Shown here: piece by piece, positions 57,311-64,000 of the stretch | Layout of the letters: every line of letters starts with the position of its first letter | How positions within the stretch are numbered: position 1 is the first letter of the stretch | Source: a bacterium | Lineage (GTDB): Bacteria; Patescibacteriota; Saccharimonadia; CAILAD01; BJGX01 | Reading direction: 5' to 3' | DNA length: 64,000 nucleotides | Assembly (NCBI GenBank): GCA_029778565.1 | Contig: JAKOQC010000187.1 | Location: forward strand, 2,615 to 66,614 | The notes under the pieces: model-generated | What the model saw: the letters and a program-made list of their open reading frames with translations, nothing else | The model's database searches: none | What the model was told of the DNA's origin: nothing | Position numbers and translations under genes: made by a program

Positions 57311-57910
57311 TTGAATTCAGATGTTTTACCAGAGAGTGTTTCGAATCTTATCGAAGAATTCTCTAAGTTGCCATCAATTGGTCCAAAATCGGCCGAGCGA
57401 TTGGTATTTTATTTGCTTAAACATGATGGCAACAAAGAACTTGGCCAAGCAGCAATCGATCTAAAAGAGGGCTTGGTGCGTTGTAGTATTTGTCAGAATT
57501 TTTCTACCGAACATATTTGTAAGCTGTGTGCCAACCCAAGTCGTGACCCTAAACTAATCTGTGTAGTAGCTCAGCCACTCGATATTGTTGCTATAGAAAA
57601 AACTGGCCTCTACCGAGGCAGGTATCATGTCTTGCACGGTGTTATTAGCCCTATCGACGGTATTGGCCCGGAAGATATTGAGATAGAAAGCTTGCTAAGT
57701 AGAGTAGAAAGTGAAAAACCTGATGAAATTATTTTGGCAACTAACCCAAATTTAGAAGGCGAGACTACCGCACTGTATATCTTAAAAAAACTGCAAGACA
57801 ATTCGGTAAAAGTGACAAAATTAGCCCATGGCCTGCCTATGGGTAGCGACGTAGAATATGCCGATCAAATGACCCTGGGCCGTGCCCTCGATAATAGACA
57901 GGCCTTTTAG
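57311..57910 (+). CDS. recR: recombination protein RecR
   Basis: HhH, C4 zinc finger CSICQNF...CKLCAN, and Toprim. Confidence 0.9.
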   Translation: MNSDVLPESVSNLIEEFSKLPSIGPKSAERLVFYLLKHDGNKELGQAAIDLKEGLVRCSICQNFSTEHICKLCANPSRDPKLICVVAQPLDIVAIEKTGLYRGRYHVLHGVISPIDGIGPEDIEIESLLSRVESEKPDEIILATNPNLEGETTALYILKKLQDNSVKVTKLAHGLPMGSDVEYADQMTLGRALDNRQAF

Positions 57911-57944
57911 ATATTTTGCTGCTTATCAGGTATAATAAGCAGAT

Positions 57945-58478
57945 ATGAAATTCAAAAAAGACATTTTAATGATCGATTTCGAGACGACAGATGGTCGCCC
58001 CGCGTTTGCCAAGCCGATTCAGCTAGCAGCAATTTTACTCGACAAAGATACCCTAAAAGAAAAGAAAGATTTCTCTACATATATTCAGCAAGATCTCACT
58101 AAAGCTGACCCTCGTAGCTTGCAAATTCATGGTATTACCCAGGATGATCTAAAAGATGCACCAGATCAAAAAGAAGTAATGCAACGATTTTTAGATCACT
58201 TTGGCACCGATGTTTTCTTAAGTTGCTGGACCACATTACTCGATGCGCGTATGCTCGAAGATATGCTGGCCTCAATTGGGAAAGATTTTATGACGTATGA
58301 TTATCATATTCTCGATGTCTGGGCTATTGCCTATGCCGAGCTAGTTAAACAGGGTAAAGGAAACATTTCTAATTCGGTTCATACCTTTGCCGAGTTTGGC
58401 TTGCCACCGAGAGGCCACCACGATGCGCTCGAAGACTGCCGCCACGCGGCTGAAGTATTACGCAAAATTATGCTCTAA
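57945..58478 (+). CDS. DEDDh 3'-5' exonuclease (DnaQ/RNase T-like)
   Basis: Exo I LMIDFETT and Exo III HHDALED. Confidence 0.7.
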   Translation: MKFKKDILMIDFETTDGRPAFAKPIQLAAILLDKDTLKEKKDFSTYIQQDLTKADPRSLQIHGITQDDLKDAPDQKEVMQRFLDHFGTDVFLSCWTTLLDARMLEDMLASIGKDFMTYDYHILDVWAIAYAELVKQGKGNISNSVHTFAEFGLPPRGHHDALEDCRHAAEVLRKIML

Positions 58479-58535
58479 GAAAATTATTACAATCACGCAC
58501 CAGTCGTCGTGATATGATACATATAAGGAAACCCC

Positions 58536-59915
58536 ATGTTAAGACTATATAATGCTCTTACTAAGAGTAAAAAACTATTCAAGCCAATAAAAGCCAAACA
58601 CGTTACCATGTATAGTTGTGGTCCTACCGTATACGACCATGCCCATATTGGTAATTTGCGAGCGTATATTTTTGCCGATACACTGCAGCGAGTGTTACGA
58701 GTAATAGAGGGTTATACTGTTGACTGGGTAATGAACATTACCGATGTTGATGACAAAATGATTGCCAGAATTCAACGTGATTACCCTAAAGAGGATCCGA
58801 ATATGGCGCTTGGTATTCTGGCCGACAAATATACCGATATTTTCGTAGATGATATCGAAAAAGTAGGCATTCATCGAGCCGACATAGCTAAGCTACCAAG
58901 GGCGACTGACCATATAAAAGGTATGCAAGCGCTTATTACCAAATTGCTACGCGAAAAGATAGCCTATGAGAGCGATGGCAGCTTTTACTTTAGTCTCGAT
59001 GCGTATAAAAAATCGGGCAAAAAATATGGAGTATTGGTAGATTTAGATTATCAGGCCAAAGCTAGGGTAACGGACGATCAAGACCAAAAAGAAGGGGTGG
59101 CCGATTTTGTACTCTGGAAAGCTGAAAAGAAGGGTGAGCCATTTTGGGATTTTGACTATCTTGGTAAAAATTATCCGGGTCGACCTGGCTGGCATATAGA
59201 ATGCTCGGTAATGAGTACCCAGTATTTAGGGCAAGTATTTGATATCCATACAGGTGGGGTAGACTTAAAGTTTCCACATCACGAAAACGAGATTGCGCAG
59301 TGTGGTGGGCACCAGGCGAACTTTTTTGTGCATAACGAGCATTTGCAAGTACAAAGTAAGAAGATGAGTAAAAGTCTTGGTAATATTACCAAACTATCAG
59401 ATATAACAGATCCACTGGCATTTCGTCTGCTTTGCTTGCAAGCGCATTACCGCAGCCAAATGGACTTTTCTGCGGACGCCTTGCAGTCAGCTCATGAGAG
59501 ACTGAACAATTTGCGCGCTTATGCCGATCAATTAGTGCTGGCGAGCGAGCATCAGCTACCAGCTGTGGATGAGTCTGGTATAACATCGCAATTTTGGCAA
59601 ATCTTTAGCGCGAGTCTCGAAGACGACCTCAATACTTCTGCTGCACTCGCAGCACTGGCAGCAATAGAGGGCAAGGTATTTAGTCGTCAAACCCTTGAGT
59701 TACTTCAAAAGGTAGATGCTGTGCTTGGTTTGCAATTAATAAACGAAGTATCAATTAGTTCAGAAGCGCGAGCCACGCTTGCAGATTATCAAAACGCTCG
59801 CGAAGCTAAAGAATATGTAGCATCAGATAAATTGCGCGAAGAGTTAAAGACAAAATATTTGTTGCAAGTTTCTGATACACCCTACGGACCTTTGGTACAT
59901 AGAGTTCGCAAATAA
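58536..59915 (+). CDS. cysS: cysteine--tRNA ligase
   Basis: HIGN (HIGNLRAY) and KMSKS (KMSKSLGN). Confidence 0.9.
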   Translation: MLRLYNALTKSKKLFKPIKAKHVTMYSCGPTVYDHAHIGNLRAYIFADTLQRVLRVIEGYTVDWVMNITDVDDKMIARIQRDYPKEDPNMALGILADKYTDIFVDDIEKVGIHRADIAKLPRATDHIKGMQALITKLLREKIAYESDGSFYFSLDAYKKSGKKYGVLVDLDYQAKARVTDDQDQKEGVADFVLWKAEKKGEPFWDFDYLGKNYPGRPGWHIECSVMSTQYLGQVFDIHTGGVDLKFPHHENEIAQCGGHQANFFVHNEHLQVQSKKMSKSLGNITKLSDITDPLAFRLLCLQAHYRSQMDFSADALQSAHERLNNLRAYADQLVLASEHQLPAVDESGITSQFWQIFSASLEDDLNTSAALAALAAIEGKVFSRQTLELLQKVDAVLGLQLINEVSISSEARATLADYQNAREAKEYVASDKLREELKTKYLLQVSDTPYGPLVHRVRK

Positions 59916-59954
59916 AAAGAAAACCACCCAAATTACTTTGAGTGGTAGGTAGGC

Positions 59955-60347
59955 CTAACGTTGGCGATAACGTCGGCAGGAACTAATTCCGATATGAAAA
60001 GAAGAAAACCACAGCAGGTTAGCTTCGACAATATGAGCACAAGAAGGCACAACTTCTACGAGAACGAGTTGTGGTAAGTGCTCGGTAAGCTCATCGAACA
60101 TTCTGCACGAAAAAGAGGTGCTAATATGTACAAAGTCTCTGTCGGGAGGAATTCTATCCAAAGACTGTTCAGTAGGTGTCCACATATACATTTGCTTCTT
60201 TGGTGAACGTTCTGTGGGAATAATGATTCGCTCTTCCCCGAGCGAATATTTTCCTCTGCTACGTCCCATACAGATAGAACATGTCCGTTTCAGGACTGGT
60301 TCGAAGAAATGAGTTTCACACATTTCTTCAGATTCAACCAGGCTCAT
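59955..60347 (-). CDS. hypothetical Cys-rich protein (130 aa)
   Basis: Longest ORF in a locally GC-rich segment. Eight Cys in total. No family recognised. Confidence 0.35.
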   Translation of the reverse strand: MSLVESEEMCETHFFEPVLKRTCSICMGRSRGKYSLGEERIIIPTERSPKKQMYMWTPTEQSLDRIPPDRDFVHISTSFSCRMFDELTEHLPQLVLVEVVPSCAHIVEANLLWFSSFHIGISSCRRYRQR

Positions 60348-60416
60348 TCATGTCTCCTGAATCTGTCAGTGAACCTAGATATATTAACATATTTAAATAT
60401 TAATGTAAATATAATT

Positions 60417-60446
60417 AAAAACCCCAATCTTTCGATTGGGGTAAAT
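60417..60446 (-). terminator. rho-independent terminator (CCCCAATC-tttc-GATTGGGG) for the small zinc-finger gene
   Basis: Read directly. A-run on the plus strand gives a T-run on the minus strand. Confidence 0.5.
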
Positions 60447-60599
60447 TCAACCCTTGCCAGAGCCCTTGCACTTCTGGCACTTGCCAGAACCGTTGCAGTG
60501 GCTGCAGTTTCTGGCAGCCGGGGTGTAGAAGATGCCCTTGCCGCCGCAGTTGTCACACTTTCCAGTGCCATCACACTTCTCACATGCATGGTATGCCAT
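60447..60599 (-). CDS. 50-aa peptide composed of four CxxCxGxG repeats (DnaJ CR-type zinc-finger-like)
   Basis: Hand-translated: MAYHACEKCDGTGKCDNCGGKGIFYTPAARNCSHCNGSGKCQKCKGSGKG. GC-rich codons. Terminator immediately downstream. Confidence 0.4.
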   Translation of the reverse strand: MAYHACEKCDGTGKCDNCGGKGIFYTPAARNCSHCNGSGKCQKCKGSGKG

Positions 60600-60618
60600 G
60601 TTTCCGTTCCTTTTCAGC

Positions 60619-60636
60619 TAGGTGGGGTGGGTGGGT
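60619..60636 (+). other. G-tract element GGTGGGGTGGGTGGGTTT (potential G-quadruplex)
   Basis: Four G-runs of 2 to 4 separated by single T. Read directly. Confidence 0.3.
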
Positions 60637-60813
60637 TTCTGGTGTAGCGCTTATAGCGCCATCTTAGGCCAAACCAACAAAAGCAAATCCAGAGAATTCC
60701 GCCGATAATATTACTCATCGTCGGGCAGGTCTCTAAACCGTTTGCGCACAGGCGATAAGACCAGAGCAAACAAGAGAACCACAAAAACAATAAAGAGTAG
60801 TATAGAATACCAA

Positions 60814-60936
60814 CTACTCATCACTCTCAACCTTTTCCTTCTTACGAGGAATTCTTACGTCACTACGGATTGCAATCCAGACAGCCGGAATAACCATCAG
60901 CCAGACCACAATCATAATTACACGGGCCTCAATCAT
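60814..60936 (-). CDS. 40-aa hydrophobic micro-protein (MIEARVIMIVVWLMVIPAVWIAIRSD...)
   Basis: Hand-translated. Its ATG overlaps the upstream stop as ATGA. Two further overlapping micro-ORFs of 36 aa and 18 aa follow. Confidence 0.3.
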   Translation of the reverse strand: MIEARVIMIVVWLMVIPAVWIAIRSDVRIPRKKEKVESDE

Positions 60937-61247
60937 CTTTGCCGCCTTCGCTCTCTTTGGTACTCTTGTTCGGCTACAATCAGGTCAACATCAAGATCGA
61001 TAGCCCTCACTACATCATCCTTAGCCGCTTCGCGATCAAACCGGCCACCAGGCGTAATAGGTTTAGTATTGTTGCCAATGTAACTAAACCAAATGTTGCA
61101 TGCAGATCCTTCACCAAGCTGTACATGGCCAAGCTCCATACCAACTTCGCTAAGGTAGCGACAAGTTCTTGGGGTGTTCAACCAATAAGGCTCATTATGA
61201 ACAGCAGGAGCAAATTCGTAATCAGGTGTATCTGGTGTACTCGACAT
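60933..61247 (-). CDS. hypothetical soluble protein (about 104 aa)
   Basis: Start taken at MSSTPDTPD with GGAGGG upstream. No family recognised. GC-rich. Confidence 0.4.
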   Translation of the reverse strand: MSSTPDTPDYEFAPAVHNEPYWLNTPRTCRYLSEVGMELGHVQLGEGSACNIWFSYIGNNTKPITPGGRFDREAAKDDVVRAIDLDVDLIVAEQEYQRERRRQR

Positions 61248-61353
61248 CAACCCTCCAATATGTGAGGTGCAAAAACTAGGCATAATTATACAAAAAAAAT
61301 ATTAATCTGACAAGTTTTATTACTCAAATTACTATAAGCGGTATAATATAGGT

Positions 61354-62574
61354 ATGCATAAGATAAAACTATCTAATACTGAGCATATAGATAATTACAA
61401 AAAACTCCTTCCAGCAGAAGATATCGATAGTTTATATTCTCTAGCCGCCAAACTAAAAGGTAAGAAAATTGTCGAGATTAATGCGACGAGTTTTGGTGGA
61501 GGAGTAGCCGAGTTGCTACGTAGCCAAATACCGCTTATGCGAGAGCTCGGTCTAGATATTGATTGGTATGTATTACCAGCCAACGATCAGTTTTTTAATA
61601 TCACCAAGCAACTGCACAACTGTTTACAGGGAATATGCCCGCTTCACCCAAATGTCGATATAGAATATTACCAAGCCTACTTAGATGATGTTGCCAAGAA
61701 CCTACCCGAGGCCGACATATATATATTGCACGATCCACAAACACTTGGTCTCGCACAACATTTACAAAATAAAAAAGTAATTTGGCGCTGTCACATCGAT
61801 CTCACTGCCGCCGAAGACTCTACGCACAACTGGCTAACACAACATTATCAATACTTCTCTAAAGTTATTTTCTCGCTCGAATCGTATATGGCTGGTATAG
61901 AAAAAAACAAGGCAGCTATTGTCTACCCAGCTATTGACCCATTTAGCAAAAAAAATTACCTACTCAGCGACCAAGAGTGTCAAAAAATTATTACCCAGCA
62001 CCCTATCGATATAAATAAGCCATATATATTACAAGTTTCTCGATTTGATAAGTTTAAAAATCCACTCGGGGTGTTACATATATTTTCTGAGCTACAAAAA
62101 CAAATGCCAGAGATGCAATGTATATTAATGGGAAACTATGCCACTGACGACCCCGAGGGCCAAGAGTATTATAAATCGGTGCATAAGCTAGCAAAACAGA
62201 TTGATCCTTATAATATTCATATTATTGTGCAAACTGACGATATAACCATTAATGCTTTTCAGCGTCGGGCGGCCGCAGTTATACAAAACTCTAACAAAGA
62301 AGGGTTTGGCTTGACCGTTACTGAAGCTCTCTGGAAACAGAAAATCGTGTTTTCTCGGCCGGTGGGTGGCATAACATTGCAGATACTTAACAATAAAACA
62401 GGCTATTATCTGGTGGATGAAGATAGTCTATCGGCCAACGAAATTGTTAAGGTTTTAAGAGGTGGTGAAAAACATTCAGCAATAGTTACTCGTGCTGGTC
62501 ATGAGTTAGTAAAAAAGAAATTTATTACCCCAATAATGGTACGAGATTATTTACGTGCCTACACGTCTATCTAG
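61354..62574 (+). CDS. GT4-family glycosyltransferase, trehalose-synthase (TreT)-like
   Basis: N-terminal INATSFGGGVAELL and a C-terminal GT-B domain (EGFGLTVTEA). Confidence 0.65.
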   Translation: MHKIKLSNTEHIDNYKKLLPAEDIDSLYSLAAKLKGKKIVEINATSFGGGVAELLRSQIPLMRELGLDIDWYVLPANDQFFNITKQLHNCLQGICPLHPNVDIEYYQAYLDDVAKNLPEADIYILHDPQTLGLAQHLQNKKVIWRCHIDLTAAEDSTHNWLTQHYQYFSKVIFSLESYMAGIEKNKAAIVYPAIDPFSKKNYLLSDQECQKIITQHPIDINKPYILQVSRFDKFKNPLGVLHIFSELQKQMPEMQCILMGNYATDDPEGQEYYKSVHKLAKQIDPYNIHIIVQTDDITINAFQRRAAAVIQNSNKEGFGLTVTEALWKQKIVFSRPVGGITLQILNNKTGYYLVDEDSLSANEIVKVLRGGEKHSAIVTRAGHELVKKKFITPIMVRDYLRAYTSI

Positions 62575-62749
62575 ACACAGCAGTAGAGACGCAACCACTA
62601 GTATTTTTAGCTAGGATATGCTATATTAAGGGCACTAGAAAGCCGCCATAGAAAGCTAGTTTAATATTAATAAGTCAGTGCAAAAGAGGAGCGGCAGACT
62701 TTTAACAGTTTACCTCTAGCCAAGACAGAAGAAAAAGGTAAATAGTTAG

Positions 62750-63007
62750 ATGTCAAAAAAATTATTTGTAGGAAATCTTTCTTACGGAGTTACCGACGAA
62801 TCATTAAAAGAATTTTTTGAAGGTGTTGGTACCGTAGAATCAGCCAAAGTAATAACTGATCGCGAAACTGGCCGCTCACGTGGCTTTGGTTTTGTAGAAA
62901 TGAGCAACGAAGATGAAGCTAAAAAAGCTATCGATGAGCTCAACGAAAAAGAACTAGACGGACGCGCTATTAGCGTTAACGAAGCTCGACCACAAGAAGA
63001 ACGCTAA
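62750..63007 (+). CDS. RRM-type RNA-binding protein
   Basis: RNP-2 KLFVGNL and RNP-1 RGFGFVEM. Confidence 0.85.
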   Translation: MSKKLFVGNLSYGVTDESLKEFFEGVGTVESAKVITDRETGRSRGFGFVEMSNEDEAKKAIDELNEKELDGRAISVNEARPQEER

Positions 63008-63030
63008 AAAGCTTTCTTTCTTATTAAAAA

Positions 63031-63056
63031 ACCGACTGTTAAAAGTCGGTTTTTTA
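63031..63056. terminator. bidirectional terminator ACCGACT-gttaaa-AGTCGGT flanked by A and T runs
   Basis: Lies between convergent genes. Confidence 0.65.
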
Positions 63057-63063
63057 GTACTAA

Positions 63064-63483
63064 TTATTTTTTCTTTTTACCAAGCTTTTCTTGAAGTTCT
63101 TTAATACTTGGTTTTGGTTCGTCTAAGACTTCTAGCCTCATTGATTGACGCGAAAACCCAATTTGCAACATACCAATGGGAGAGCCAGGAATAAGCCAAA
63201 ATGTTGAGTAGGCAAAACTTTTACGAAAAACCCTGCCTAAGCGATACGCCACCGCAACAGAATAAACCGCTCCTACACCCGGAGTAAGAGAGAGTGCAAA
63301 CCAACTTTGTGGTAAACGTAATACCCTAATTAAGCAAGCAAAATTATACATAGGCACTATGGCATGCCAGGCCGGTTCTCCAAGCTTACGAAAAACCATG
63401 CTTAAGCCAAGTGCATAACAGAGGTAGAGAAAAATAGCGATAATAATAACAGCTATACTGGCATTAATAAGGGCTTGGATCAT
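63064..63483 (-). CDS. hypothetical membrane protein (3 to 4 TM, K-rich C-terminus)
   Basis: 139 aa. No confident family. Confidence 0.5.
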   Translation of the reverse strand: MIQALINASIAVIIIAIFLYLCYALGLSMVFRKLGEPAWHAIVPMYNFACLIRVLRLPQSWFALSLTPGVGAVYSVAVAYRLGRVFRKSFAYSTFWLIPGSPIGMLQIGFSRQSMRLEVLDEPKPSIKELQEKLGKKKK

Positions 63484-63529
63484 GTATTAATAGTAGCACA
63501 AGCAGAGGGTAATGGTGATTTAAACAATA

Positions 63530-63558
63530 TTGATAACCAGATAAAAGAGAGGTATAAT
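63530..63558 (+). promoter_or_regulatory. sigma70-like promoter TTGATA-N17-TATAAT for tRNA-Gln
   Basis: Hexamers read directly. The -10 ends 10 nt before the tRNA. Confidence 0.45.
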
Positions 63559-63568
63559 ATAGCCTTAT

Positions 63569-63643
63569 TGGGGAGTGGCCAAGTGGTAAGGCAGCGGCTT
63601 TTGGTGCCGCCATTCGGGGGTTCGAATCCCTCCTCCCCAGCCA
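63569..63643 (+). tRNA. tRNA-Gln (anticodon TTG), CCA encoded
   Basis: Acceptor TGGGGAG/CTCCCCA. Loop TTTTGGT. Closely resembles E. coli tRNA-Gln in its D-arm GCCAAGTGGTAAGGC. Confidence 0.85.
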
Positions 63644-63650
63644 ACAAAAG

Positions 63651-63673
63651 AGACCTAGTAAGGTCTTTTTTGT
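63651..63673 (+). terminator. terminator AGACCT-agta-AGGTCT-T6
   Basis: Read directly. Confidence 0.6.
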
Positions 63674-63704
63674 TATACTACATACAGAAAGAACGATTTA
63701 GACT

Positions 63705-64000
63705 ATGAACCCGACTGAACAAATAGACAATTTAATAACATCACTAAAAGACTGGCGTGGACCAATGCTTGCCAAGTTTCGCCAACTTATTCACGAAGCT
63801 GACCCTGATGTTGTAGAAGAGTGGAAATATATGGGTTCGCCTTGCTGGTATCATAATGGCAAATTAATTTCTGTTGGTAATGCTTTTAAGACGAGCGTTA
63901 AAATAGGTTTCTTATACGGCGCTAGCCTGTCAGACCCAGAAAAAGTGTTTAATGATGAACTCGCTGGAAACCAACGCCGAGCTATTAAACTTTTTGAAGG
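63705..64000 (+). CDS. hypothetical protein, 3'-truncated by window edge (possibly DUF1801-like)
   Basis: Open frame from the ATG at 63705 to the window end: MNPTEQIDNLITSLKDWRGPMLAKFRQLIHEADPDVVEEWKYMGSPCWYHNGKL... Confidence 0.4.
   Translation, partial: MNPTEQIDNLITSLKDWRGPMLAKFRQLIHEADPDVVEEWKYMGSPCWYHNGKLISVGNAFKTSVKIGFLYGASLSDPEKVFNDELAGNQRRAIKLFE

Noticed and set aside
60742-61265. Plus-strand ORFs of 113 and 108 aa across the GC-rich islet
   Set aside because: Their composition is R/S/T/L-rich and looks random. The minus-strand set with ATGA-coupled starts and an SD is more coherent, although itself only low confidence.

Overview
This window reads as a gene-dense, AT-rich bacterial chromosome segment with Candidate-Phyla-Radiation / Saccharibacteria-like character; that lineage call is an inference from gene content. 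Support for it is a long ribosomal-protein operon (rplP to rplO, secY, infA to rpsD, rpoA, rplQ, rplM, rpsI) with no L30 gene between rpsE and rplO, no adk/map between secY and infA, and extended L1, L17 and L7/L12. The remaining features are as follows.

- **Core machinery:** secE-nusG-rplK-rplA, rplJ-rplL, dnaX-dnaB, ybaB-recR, cysS, and six tRNA genes (Tyr, Thr, Thr, Trp, Gln, plus one non-canonical tRNA-like gene).
- **Carotenoid cluster (31.3-37.4 kb), the most notable accessory content:** crtI-crtE-crtB sit divergent from crtYe-crtYf and a lycopene-elongase(UbiA)-glycosyltransferase fusion. The gene order mirrors actinobacterial decaprenoxanthin (C50) operons.
- **tRNA-Trp hotspot (16.5-20.5 kb):** a large serine recombinase overlaps the tRNA on the opposite strand. 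A small RHH regulator and a tiny ORF lie beside it, followed by a GC-rich, hairpin-dense non-coding stretch. A duplicated tRNA-Trp 5'-half plus leader is present, and a tRNA-like gene with an aberrant anticodon arm closes the region.
- **Redox and nucleotide genes:** a NOX/ferric-reductase-like flavocytochrome forms an operon with a membrane-anchored cytochrome b5. A thymidylate module (thyA, a folA-HIT fusion, glyA, a dCMP-deaminase-domain protein, NUDIX, cytidylyltransferase-like, NDT-like) follows.
- **Envelope and regulation:** a translationally coupled array of three zinc-ribbon membrane proteins. A GtrA / GtrB / GT-C glycosylation module. An ECF sigma / anti-sigma pair next to a MacB-like ABC transporter.
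- **GC-rich islet (59.9-61.3 kb):** it encodes Cys-rich small proteins, including a 50-aa peptide made of four CxxCxGxG repeats, and a chain of overlapping micro-ORFs.
- No CRISPR array was seen.

Coordinates for features not present in the supplied ORF track were worked out by hand and include the stop codon.
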